Assembly: GCA_030770535.1 (NCBI GenBank)
Contig: JASVEC010000011.1
Coordinates: forward strand, 1,240,001 to 1,304,000
Direction of reading: 5' to 3'
DNA: 64,000 bases
Source of the DNA: Batkoa obscura
Taxonomy: Eukaryota
Every line of letters begins with the position of its first letter. Within the stretch, counting starts at the first letter, position 1. Shown here in pieces: positions 40,003 through 51,134 of this stretch. The position numbers and the translations under genes are program-made. Under the pieces are notes generated by a model. The model made no database searches and was not told where the DNA came from. It saw only the letters and a program-made list of their open reading frames with translations.

Positions 40003-40574
40003 TATACTATACTATACTAAATTATTTAAATTAAGTTTTATATCAGTAAACAGCTTTTTACTATATTATTATATTATTTTTATATACTGTTATAAAAATT
40101 TCTCAATTTTAAATTTAAACTTACTAATTTTAATTTTAATTTATTAGAAAAATTTCTTAATTAAGAAAATTATTTGCTAAAATTCATCAAAATATGACAA
40201 TTAATACACTCTGCCTTCACTAACAGTCATGAGAGTCATTGCGTTCCAGAGGAAGTATAATTGGAATTTAACCAATAAATATATTATTTAAATAGACAAT
40301 AATTGTTATAATTTTACATTTTGTTATTTGTTAAGTAATTATTTTGAAATAATTTCAAGATATTAAAATTACTATCAATATAGATTACTATTATATTGAG
40401 ATATTAACTAAACATTAATACAGTCTTAAAATCGGAGAAAAATAAACTATTCTTTATATTTAGCAGACTATAATTGAGTTAACATTTGATCGAATTTAAA
40501 CTATCAATTGATCATATAATGAAATAATAATTAATGAATATATATATTTTCTTTTTTTGTTCGCAAGAAAGAGT

Positions 40575-40647
40575 GCCTTCTTGGCTCAGTTGGCAGAGCG
40601 TCCGCCTAGTAAGCGGAAGGTCATTGGTTCGATTCCGATAGAAGGCA
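40575..40647 (+). tRNA. tRNA-Thr (AGT)
   Basis: Identical to 5480-5552. Confidence 0.95.
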
Positions 40648-40976
40648 AATATTTATTTATCACAATAAATTCAAGTTTTGTATTACTAATTTTTATTTTT
40701 TCAATATACTTTTAAAATAAACAACCTTTTTTTTGATGAAATCATCATGCATTTAGCTATTACCATATATAGTATGATGTTTTTGATGCTGTTGGATTTA
40801 TTTTATAATTCGTACATAAACTATTGAATATATTGTGTAAAAGTTGGTGTCAATTAGTTCTAAATTACAGTAGCTTTGATATCTGTATTCTAATAATAGA
40901 ATATTGGTTACCACATTTTACTAAAAAAAGCAGGCTCATCAATGTAAACAAGATCAAAAAATTTGAGTTAATATAA

Positions 40977-41045
40977 ATGAGTCACCCTGAGTGATTGATT
41001 AACTGAAAAAAGATAGCAAGCATATGTTCAAAAAGTATATAAAAA
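40977..41045 (+). promoter_or_regulatory. Gcn4/CpcA-type element (ATGAGTCA) and TATA box upstream of LYS9
   Basis: TGAGTCA 40978-40984; TATATAAAAA 41036-41045; ATG 41086. Confidence 0.5.
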
Positions 41046-41085
41046 GGGTTCAAATGGAATTATTGGTATTGAAATTTATTCAAAA

Positions 41086-42852
41086 ATGAATGAAAAGTAA
41101 TTGCTATATAGCTAATGTTTATGAGTTTTAACCTTTTTTTGTAGAAAAATTTTGTTATTAGGTTCTGGTTACGTGGCTGCCCCTTGTGTGGATTATTTAT
41201 TGAGAAATGAAAACAATGTAATTACTATAGGTAATTAAAGTCATCATATTTTATAACGATTTCTAAATTTTTTATAGCTAGTTATCGCTTGGAAAGAAGT
41301 GTTGCTCTTAGTAATAAATATAATAGTTCACGTGTGCATGGAGCTCAAGTAGATGTGAATGATGAAGCTAGTTTAGATAATTTAGTAAGCAAGCATGATT
41401 TAGTGATTAGTTTAATCCCGTATATCCATCATGTTAAAGTGATTAATTCAGCTATAAGATATAAGAAAAATGTAGTTACAACCTCTTATGTTTCACCAGC
41501 TATGTTAGAATTAGATGAAAAGTAAGACTATTTATTTTATAGAATTAGATCCCTTTTTAAAATTATTGGATTAGATGTAAACAAGCTGGTATCACAGTTA
41601 TGAATGAAATTGGATTGGACCCTGGAGTAGATCATATTTATGCTGTTAAAGCTATCCGTGATGCTCATGCCGAAGGCAAACAAGTCAAATCCTTTACTAG
41701 CTTTTGTGGTGGTTTACCAGCCCCTGAAGCATCCAATAATCCATTAGGTTATAAATTTTCTTGGAGTTCAAGAGGGGTCTTATTAGCTTTACGTAACGAT
41801 GCCAAATTTTTAAAAAATGGAAAAGTAATTGAAATTTTAAATTGTTTTTAATTAAGGTTTAAAAGATTTACTATCATTTTAGATTCAAGAAGTTAATGGA
41901 AAAGATTTAATGCGTAGTGTAGAACCTATAAACATTTTCCCTGCTTTTTCCTTGGTCTCTTATGCTAATAGAGATTCTTCCTTTTATAATGATAGATACT
42001 CTATCCCTGAAGCTGAAACAGTAGTTAGAGGTTCTTTAAGATATTCAGTAAGTGTTTCGCCTTAGTTTTAATACATGTATTTACATTTTTATAGGTCTTT
42101 CCACCTTTTATTCAAGCCTTAGTAGACCTCGGTTTATTAGATGACTCACCAAAGCCATTTTTAGATCAACAACAATGTAGTTGGGTATTTTTATTATTAC
42201 ACTATCTAAGTTAAATATTAATTTTATTAAAAGATGACTATTGTATCCACATTATTAAATCTCAATCCAGTTAATGAAGAGTAAGTATTATTAATGAGTT
42301 TTGTAAATTAACTAATAAAAATAGGGAACTTCAAAAATCTATAATTTCTCACTGTAAATTAGAAGCTTATGAACCAAGTGTTAAAGGACATATACTTAAA
42401 GGAATGAAATGGCTAGGTTTCTTTAGTGAAGATGCTATTACTACTAAAGGCAATTTATTGGATACGTTATGTAATACATTAGAAGAAAAGATGACATACA
42501 AAGATGGTGAGAGAGATATGATTATATTACAACATCGATTTGACTTTGTAACTAAAGAGGGTAAAAAGGTAATCAATTTTAAATTAATCTTTATTAAATA
42601 AACTAATATTTTATTTTATTTTATTAATTTTAGGAAACTTTAACTTCTACCTTATTAGAATATGGTGAATCTAATGGTTATTCGGCTATGGCACGTACCG
42701 TAGGTGTACCTTGTGGTATTGCTACTCAGCTTATTTTAGATGGTATACTTACTAAGAAGGGGGTGCTAGCACCAATTGATTATGATATGCTTGAGTTATT
42801 TTTACCTTATTTAGAAAAGGAAAATATTGTCTGTCATGAAGAATTCATTTAG
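41086..42852 (+). CDS. LYS9: Saccharopine dehydrogenase (NADP+, L-glutamate-forming), multi-exon
   Basis: KILLLGSGYVA, DLVISLIPY, VVTTSYVSPAM, MNEIGLDPGVDH, FCGGLPAPEASNNPLGYKFSWS, GERDMIILQH, SAMARTVGVPCGIA. Confidence 0.95.
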
Positions 42853-43036
42853 TTTCTATATTAAAATATATATATCAATTAAATTTTTAATATGGCTGTT
42901 TTATATAATTTGAAGTTTACTATTATACATGAATTTATAGTTATCTTACTATGGGGAATAAAGAGTAGTAATGTTACCAATTTAAAATGATAAGAGACTA
43001 TATAAAAAAGAAATTGACATAAAAAAATCATCATTA

Positions 43037-43109
43037 TGCCTTCTATCGGAATCGAACCAATGACCTTCCGCTTACTAGGCGGACGCTCTGCCAACTGAGC
43101 CAAGAAGGC
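43037..43109 (-). tRNA. tRNA-Thr (AGT)
   Basis: Exact reverse complement of 5480-5552; T-run terminator downstream. Confidence 0.95.
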
Positions 43110-43159
43110 GTTCTTTTCTCTAATAAAAGAAAATATTTATTAACTACTATTTCATCATA

Positions 43160-43260
43160 CGGGGATATATTTTTGTGTTTAAGAATTTTACTAACAATTT
43201 TTCCACTCAAATAGCGCTTAAAAAATGGAAAAAGCGATGAAACCAAAAAAAGCATCCTCA
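43160..43260 (-). mobile_element. MITE family copy (end TA-CGGGG)
   Basis: Consensus match, TA TSD. Confidence 0.88.
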
Positions 43261-43539
43261 TATAGTCAATTAATAGTTTAAACTTGATCAAATATTAACC
43301 CACTTTATAGTCTACTAAATGTAGAGAATAGTTTATTTTTCTCTGACCTTAAGATCGTATTAATGTTTAGTTTAAGTAGTTTAATACAATAGTAAACTAT
43401 ATCAACAGTATTAAAAATGTTTTGAAGTTATATTGAAATTACTATCTAATAAATCATTAAAAAGAAAGTATAATAATTGTTGTTTATTTAGATAATGTAT
43501 TTATTGGTTAAATCCCAATTATATAAATTTAAAACACCT

Positions 43540-44211
43540 TTAGTAATAAGAATAGTTACATTTGGTTACATCAATGTAAAAAATAGATGGATTACATTTG
43601 CCATATGATTCATATGCTGCACATCCCCATTTTCCATTATAATAATTCCAACATGGTGGAGCATTTTTATCACTTGGTAAATAAGAAAGTCCACCATTAG
43701 TACATCTATCAGTTGCTTTAGGACAGTATTTTGATGGAGGTAATGGAGGTGGATTAATATGACATTTTTTAATGTCAATATAAAATATAGATGGATTACA
43801 TTTGCCATTTGATTCATATGCTGCACATCCCCATTTACCGTTATAATAATTCCAACATGGTGGAGCATTCTTGTCAGTTGCTAAATAAGAAAGTCCACCA
43901 TTAGTACATCTATCAGTTGCTTTAGGACAGTATTTTGATGGAGGGGAAGGAGGTGGAGTAGGGTAACTACATTTGGTTACATCAATGTAAAAAATAGATG
44001 GATTACATTTGCCATATGATTCATATGCTGCACATCCCCATTTTCCATTATAATAATTCCAACATGGTGGAGCATTTTTATCACTTGGTAAATAAGAAAG
44101 TCCACCATTAGTACATCTATCAGTTGATTTTGGACAATAATTAGAAACAGTATTGGCTAATCCGTGGCTAACAATTGAAAAGAATAATAAACTGGGTAAA
44201 TAGCTGATCAT
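43540..44211 (-). CDS. Secreted cysteine-rich protein with three tandem ~57-aa six-Cys domains
   Basis: Signal peptide MISYLPSLLFFSIVSHGLA; 3x YCPK.TDRCTNGGLSYL..DKNAPPCWNYYNGKWGCAAYES.GKCNPSIFYID..KC with Pro-rich linkers; intronless. Confidence 0.88.
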   Translation of the reverse strand: MISYLPSLLFFSIVSHGLANTVSNYCPKSTDRCTNGGLSYLPSDKNAPPCWNYYNGKWGCAAYESYGKCNPSIFYIDVTKCSYPTPPPSPPSKYCPKATDRCTNGGLSYLATDKNAPPCWNYYNGKWGCAAYESNGKCNPSIFYIDIKKCHINPPPLPPSKYCPKATDRCTNGGLSYLPSDKNAPPCWNYYNGKWGCAAYESYGKCNPSIFYIDVTKCNYSYY

Positions 44212-44729
44212 TTTTTAATTATATTATTAATATATTAATAGTTGTTTTTATTTTAATATAGTTTGATTAAGTTGTTTTTATACTAATTTTTGATCTATTT
44301 ATTATCAATGGTTTCAATTGTAAATGTATTTTTAGATTATTTGCTGCATTAATGCTGCAATAAAAATAACAATTATCCGTCATTTACATTTCGAATTTTA
44401 TTTGCATATTATGGCCATATTTAATAGCTTTAATTTTAGTTAATGAAACAGTAAGATGGGTGCAGAAATTTAAAGATAAAAATATATTATATACTTTTTA
44501 TTTAATTGTTAAATTAAAATATGACTATTTATAAAAATTAATTGTAAATAAATTTATGCTTTAAACCAGTGATCTATTTTTAATTAGTATTATTTATATT
44601 ATAGATTTACATTTAATCTATTTGTTTTAAATAACAACTAAATCGATATTTATTAATTATTAAAAAGGTAGTTTAAAAAGACTAAGTTAACTAATAACTA
44701 TTTTGATTATGTAGAATATAAATTATATA

Positions 44730-44829
44730 TGGGGATGTATTTTTTTGTTTAAAAATTTTACTAACAGTTTTTCTACTGAAATAGCGCTTGAAAATGGAAA
44801 AAATAATGAAGCCAAAAAAAACACCCTCA
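44730..44829 (-). mobile_element. MITE family copy
   Basis: Consensus match, TA TSD. Confidence 0.85.
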
Positions 44830-46406
44830 TATCGAACAATCTATCTATATTTTTTGTTAAAAATAAAAACTTCAATTATTTTATTTATAAACGATAATAA
44901 TATCATTATTTAAAAATATACTTACAAATTAAAAATATGGCAAAACATATTATAATACTAAATTCAATAGTTATTAAAATTATAACATTAATAAACTAAG
45001 ATCCAACATTAATAACTATTTATAATAAACAAAAATATTTATAAAATATTAGTTAAATTATATCAACTGTACAATTTTATACAGCTAATTTTCATTTGAA
45101 ACTTTAAACACATCGAAATAAAAATTTACAACTTTATTATAGTAAAGTCCTTATTAATTAATAGAATCTTTCTTTACTAAACTTTTTATTTTAAATCTAT
45201 GCTCTATAAGATTTTAATATACAAATATATCTTTTTTGATTTTCTCACTTTTTATTTAAACACTATTAAATGAAAAAGGTGATAACAAAGATTATAAACA
45301 ACTGCTTTTAAAATAAACTCAATAGTCTTTAAAATTCTTTCAACTTTTCAAAGTTGAGCTTCTCTTCCTTTTGTTATCAATTTCCATTACCTACTATTTT
45401 CAATTTTTTTCTATAAATAATTCCAATTGAACGATCTTGGTTTCAAAGCTTTTAAAAAATAACATCAATAAAAAAAGAGATGTTTACATATTAATTATAA
45501 TGTCAAAGTACTTTAAAATTAAATATTAAAATTGATAGATAAAATCAAAATAAATTAAAGTTGATATATTAATATCATAATAAAGGTAATATTGTTACAA
45601 TTAATATAATATTAAAACTTGATAGAGGTAATCTCAAATAAAAGACTAGAATATATAAACTACTAAAATATACAAATGTCAATTGTTTTTTTATATTAAT
45701 CAATTTGAAGCTGAGAAGCACATAAGTCAAATATTTAAAATATAAAATATCAATCGATACTCTTGCTCAACGATTAAAAAAAATATACGATAGAATTAGT
45801 GGGATTATCCTTATAATTCAAGTCTCAATATAACTTGAATAGTTAATTTCAACAGGATGTTCTGCTTTAATGCGGAACAGTTACTTAAACTAACTATAAT
45901 TTTCTACTGAAATAGTAATATTATGCCTACAATTCACTTTAACATAACTTTGATCATTCTAATGGGATGTCTTACTTTAATGTGAGTCAATTCAAAAAAG
46001 TAACTAAAATTCTCAATAAAAATCATTCCATCTGGATTTGAATTTCAATTTATAGAATTTATAACTGATTAAAACTTTAGCAAAAAAACTCGATGAGAAT
46101 GTTTCCTTTAATTTCATATACTTATCTTTTTTAAAGTGATATTGAGTGGAAGATATTAGTCAATTCCTAAAACAAAAGAAGTTATATCAAGTTAACATTT
46201 CATTTGAATTTGAAATCTTTTCAGTTATCTAAGATTAAGTTAAAATTACCCCATCCTTTGATTTAATATTAAACTTTATAAGGTTTAGAAATACATTTAA
46301 AACAATATTAAAGAAACATTGGTTTCATACTTAGTATAATTAATATAATAAATATTGATAAATTGGAATTCCAATTTAATAATTTAATCTAGTATTAAAC
46401 TAAATA

Positions 46407-46505
46407 TGTGTATGTTTTTTGGTTTCATCACTCTTTCCATTTTTTAAGCGCTATTTGAGCAGAAAGATTGTTTGTAAGATTTTTAAACAAAAAAATACAT
46501 CCCCA
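46407..46505 (+). mobile_element. MITE family copy
   Basis: Consensus match, TA flanks; a further decayed fragment lies at ~46113-46180. Confidence 0.85.
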
Positions 46506-46728
46506 TATGGAACATTCAATTTGATATTGTCATGCAATTAACACTAGAAATGGAAATAAATGAAGCTCAACTTTTGATTGGATGGAGGGGAATTGCTAAA
46601 AATGGTAGTATGCGTTAAAAAAAGGTTCAAGGATGAAAAGTCAAAATGAGCCTATAAAAGAGAAGCTCAGAACTGGATGATAAAGCAACTCACAACTTTA
46701 TTTTTTTAATTATTTTTTAAAGTTTTCA

Positions 46729-47040
46729 ATGGAAGAAGAAAAAGTAGAGAATGTGTTAAGAGGGGAGTTTAATTGTGATGAATGTGCTCGACGCCATAAA
46801 AAATGTGATCGAAAGTTACCCAGTTGTAGTTATTGTATAAGTAAAAAAAAAGCATGTACTAAAAACAGAAAGTTAGTCAATCGAAAAAAATTATATCAAT
46901 TAGAAGATAAGTTGTATAAATATAAACTGAATAAAAATCAAAAGAAAGAAAGTATACAACCTGATAAAAGAATTGTTTTTAAATATGAAAATCCAAAAGC
47001 CAATTTAAACTTTATTTTAGATGATAAAAAAGAGGTTTAA
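46729..47040 (+). CDS. Small Zn(II)2Cys6 zinc-cluster-only protein (103 aa)
   Basis: CDECARRHKKCDRKLPSCSYCISKKKAC (C-x2-C-x6-C-x6-C-x2-C-x6-C); CTATAAAA ~46652 upstream. Confidence 0.78.
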   Translation: MEEEKVENVLRGEFNCDECARRHKKCDRKLPSCSYCISKKKACTKNRKLVNRKKLYQLEDKLYKYKLNKNQKKESIQPDKRIVFKYENPKANLNFILDDKKEV

Positions 47041-48046
47041 GTGATCTCGTTTTGCTATTCATTAGTTACTTTTTTTTCTATCAATCTTGTAAGTTTATCC
47101 TTTACCGAATTTCGTCTTCCCTTATTTTGTTCGTCTTTTACTTACTATCTTCTATTCTCCTCCCATTTTCCTTTTGTTAAAGCTTAGTCACTATTCTCAA
47201 AATTAATATTATTTTTTATAAATAATAAATCGTCTTATCTATTATTGCTGATATAATATTGAAGCTTTTTAAATAATATAAATGGGATTAATAATAATAT
47301 TTTTTAAGTTTTAGTTGACTTTGATTTATAGTTATTAAACTTATAACGGATGTACTTAACTGTCAAACTAAGGGGCGATAAAGTTATTTTGTTTAATTCA
47401 GATAATATTGAACTGTCAATTATTAAACTTAAACAGTTTACTGTATCTATTTTTTATATATTATGTATGGGATAAGTTTGATATAAAAATTCTTCAACCA
47501 ATTAAAACTCGTAGTAGAATTTATCTCTAAATTTAAAGTATTATTTTTCAAAGCTAAATTTATTACCCCGATATTCACATTCGCGTTTAAAGACAATAGC
47601 CCACTATCAAGCATATACAGAACTATCCGAAATTCAATTATGTGATTTTGAATTTATCCTTAATTCTTACTTCCTTTTATCAATTTTATATAAAAAAATC
47701 AACGCTTTATTAAAATTTAAGTTCTAAGTTTATAAACAAGAGTTACATTGTCTAAACTTTTAATAGTTGAAATTATAGAATTCAATTGTACAATATTGAA
47801 TTCAATAATAAACTATAGATCAAGAAGATAAATACCAAAATCAGCAATTTATTTTTTAATTTGCGTTATTCCTTTTTTAAAATAAGGTTAAAATACTAAA
47901 AAGGACACTTATCTAGTTGTAAAAGTAGATCGCGATTTACCTTAAATTAAATAATTCAGTTCTAAAGACTGTTTTTTGCCATTCACTAAACTTTCTATTT
48001 TTGGCTGTTTTAAAAATGATACCATCATGAAATAATAAAAAATAAA

Positions 48047-48146
48047 TGGGGATGTTTTTTGGTTTTATCATTTTTTCCATCTTTTAAATGCTAATTTGAG
48101 TGGAAAGATTGTTAGTAAAATTCTTAAACAAAAAAGTACATCCCCG
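48047..48146 (+). mobile_element. MITE family copy (right end CCCCG)
   Basis: Consensus match. Confidence 0.82.
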
Positions 48147-48829
48147 AATTAATTGTTAAAATAATATTATATTAATAGATAATAATAATAATAATAATAT
48201 TCAATATCAAAAAACAATTAAACGATTTTAATTACTTTGTTGAATAAGAGTAAAATTGTTAAATCAAACTATATAAAAATAACTATAATTATTAAAATTA
48301 AAGCTACTTTTTAAATTAAAAATAAAATCCTCATCAGCATAGAAAATGACTCTGATGTAACTAAAGGAGGGAGAAAAATAAAGCAAGTGATCTAAAGTCA
48401 AAAAAAACTCCAAAATCAAAAAATTGTTAAATCTTTTAAAACTCAATTTAAAAGATTGTTAAAGTATAAACTTCAAGGTTATTATAAAACTTTTAAACTT
48501 ATTAAACTAAATAGTTATAGTAAAAAAAAAGAAACTGTGGAGATAAGATATTAAAAAAGTTACTGATAAAGTAAATCTCAGTTTATTAGCTTTAGTAGCC
48601 TATATTAGTAATAAATTGTTTTATTCTATTTTAATATTTTAAAAGTGATAGTAATATTACAAATAAGTAGTTATAACTACCGTAATTAGGAACCTTTTTC
48701 ATTAATTGTAAAAGTCACTAAAAAGTTCTATAAGGTGTGTTTTGATTATTAAATATTTGGATTTTACGCCTTTTTAATGAAAGTTTGTAATGGTTTTTAA
48801 ATGAGTATAAACTATTTTATAGTTTTCTA

Positions 48830-48925
48830 TAGGGGTGTATTTTTTGGCTTCATTATTTTTTCCATATTTTAAGCGCTACTTGAGTGGAAAGATTGGATAA
48901 AATTCTTTAAAAAAATACATCCTCC
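48830..48925 (+). mobile_element. MITE family copy
   Basis: Consensus match. Confidence 0.82.
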
Positions 48926-49003
48926 TATGTTATACATTTAAAAATATTTGTTCAGTATAAAACTCAGAAAATAAGCAATGGTTTTTTAGTTTTCATAATG
49001 ATA

Positions 49004-49103
49004 TGGTATGTATTTTTGTGTTTAAGAACTTTACTAACAATCTTTCCACTCAAATAGCGCTTAAAAAATGGAAAAAATAATGAAGCCAAAAAAAACATCC
49101 CTA
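49004..49103 (-). mobile_element. MITE family copy (inverted relative to 48830 copy)
   Basis: Reverse complement of consensus; an internally deleted copy follows at ~49286-49352. Confidence 0.82.
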
Positions 49104-49373
49104 TATATCAAAGACGAATCAATTTCAATGAAAGTACTATATAATTATTATTAATACTAAAAAACTTGATATAGGAATTTTATACTTTTAAAGTTACGGA
49201 ATTGCCCAAGAAGCTCTCCAGAACATACAGTTGCAATATTGTAAATAAGACATTTGAGGTATATATTATATCTAAAAAGCAAAATATAGATGTTTTTTGG
49301 TTTCACTACTTTTGAGCAAAAAAAATGGTAGTAAATTTCTTAAACAAAAAAGAGAGCTTTTTTGGATATTATA

Positions 49374-49447
49374 CGCTCATAACTGGGATCGAACCAGTAA
49401 CCTCCCGATTAACAGTCGGACGCGCTAGCCAATTGCGCCATACGAGC
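49374..49447 (-). tRNA. tRNA-Asn (GTT), intronless
   Basis: Minus strand GCTCGTATGGCGCAATTGGCTAGCGCGTCCGACTGTTAATCGGGAGGTTACTGGTTCGATCCCAGTTATGAGCG folds as a cloverleaf, loop CTGTTAA. Confidence 0.95.
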
Positions 49448-49643
49448 TTTCCATATGGTTTTTACTACTAAAGTTTATTTAAAATGTTAAATAATTCTAT
49501 AAGTTCCAGTTTGATTCTATATAGGAATTTACGTTTAAATTCATAAGACATTAAATTTTTTACCTATATAATCGTTAACTTAAATTTGAACTCAAATAAT
49601 TTATTGTTATAAAATAGTAAAGCATCATCAAGTGTTCTATTAT

Positions 49644-51134
49644 TTAAGCAGGACTAAGGATACTTGGATAAACTGCAAGTATCTTATTATAAACCTTTTG
49701 ATTGCTGTTTTTAAGAACCTCAGGTTCTTCAGCTAAACAAACAAAGAAAGCAGAGCTAGCAGCCTCGATAATTTCACCAAAAACAATAAACACAGATATA
49801 GCCATAAAAAAAGCAGCAAGCATAGTACCTACTACTACAACATATTCTCCATCATCAATATTTCTAGTTCCGAAATGTACATAAAGATAGGTAAATCCTA
49901 TTGATATCAAACCAACTATAAATGAACCTAAACTTAATACATTTGAGATAAGACTGTCGTTAATTATCGCATCAACGCCTCTTGATTTAATCAATGTCAT
50001 GGTCGCTTTACCACCTTCAATAAAAGAGGTACCATAAATGGCACAATAAGTGTAAGCAAATGAGTTGAAAAACTCAATTATGCCTTCAATACAAGACAAG
50101 CAACAGCCAATACAACAACCAATAAAAGATAAGCATCCGTTTGTGTTGCTAGTAAATATATGAACAATAGCTTTAATAAATTTAATGATTGAGATTAACA
50201 TTGAGCCAAAACAAATGGAACCAAATGAAGTGGTTACAGCTCTACCAAGTGAGGATAAAGTGGCCCAAGAAGATTGTTGACTAAAGTAATCAAATCCAAA
50301 TGTACCTGCAACAGTAAGATGAACAATATCTTTTAACACTTGAAGTGTCCAACATACTGAAAAAAGGGCAAATATAAATATTCCCCACATATAACCAGGT
50401 GCTTTAAATATACATCTTACCGCTGCTATACCTTTGCTATCATCACAAGTTGAGTTATAATTGATTAAACTGGAAGTGAGGACTATGAAGGAGGCAAAGT
50501 AGGCCAGTTGAAATACTAAAAACAATAACCCAACAAGCACTGTAGATGGGTATTTACCAGTGAATTTAGCTACTACTTTTAAAATTTGCTTTGTAAGCTC
50601 AATTCGATTACGCCAAAAAAACCAACATAATAAATCAATTATCAATATAAAGCCGGCTCCAGCACACACATAATATTGACCAAAATAGGCCGCTGCCACA
50701 ATGGTACCAATAGAAGCTAAACATATAAATATAAAGGATAGTTGAATTAATAAACCAGGGAGGAAGCGAATCATTATAATATATAATATTGAAGCAAAAA
50801 CGGCAGTAATTCCGGAAATACTCATTCCAATCAATATATCCTTATGAATTAAAACAGTCTCACCCGTTTTAAAAGCGGCTAAATTAGTCAGTTTTAAGGT
50901 GTAGATTAATATTCCAATATAACTTCCTAAATGAACCATAAATAAAATTAAAGCCCATAAATCATTCCAACTTCGAGTGGCATTGAACTTCCGTGCTCTT
51001 TCTAAGTCTTGGTAGTTACTCTTTTCGCTATAGTTTGTTAAACCCACGATTTGACTTATCTCTTCATATTGTGGACCATCCAAACTTGGCTTGCGATCAA
51101 AGTACGCTTTTGGGGGGCTCATCTGTTTGCTCAT
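49644..51134 (-). CDS. PNS1: Pns1 / choline transporter-like (SLC44/CTL) membrane protein
   Basis: WNDLWALILF, RAVTTSFGSICFGSMLI, FFNSFAYTYCAIYGTSFIEGGK, RGVDAIINDSL, FVCLAEEPEVL. Confidence 0.88.
   Translation of the reverse strand: MSKQMSPPKAYFDRKPSLDGPQYEEISQIVGLTNYSEKSNYQDLERARKFNATRSWNDLWALILFMVHLGSYIGILIYTLKLTNLAAFKTGETVLIHKDILIGMSISGITAVFASILYIIMIRFLPGLLIQLSFIFICLASIGTIVAAAYFGQYYVCAGAGFILIIDLLCWFFWRNRIELTKQILKVVAKFTGKYPSTVLVGLLFLVFQLAYFASFIVLTSSLINYNSTCDDSKGIAAVRCIFKAPGYMWGIFIFALFSVCWTLQVLKDIVHLTVAGTFGFDYFSQQSSWATLSSLGRAVTTSFGSICFGSMLISIIKFIKAIVHIFTSNTNGCLSFIGCCIGCCLSCIEGIIEFFNSFAYTYCAIYGTSFIEGGKATMTLIKSRGVDAIINDSLISNVLSLGSFIVGLISIGFTYLYVHFGTRNIDDGEYVVVVGTMLAAFFMAISVFIVFGEIIEAASSAFFVCLAEEPEVLKNSNQKVYNKILAVYPSILSPA

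Noticed and set aside
3691..49352. Dispersed ~100-bp repeat as a CRISPR-like array or ncRNA family
   Set aside because: Not regularly spaced, both orientations, has TIRs and TA duplications; eukaryotic context without cas genes
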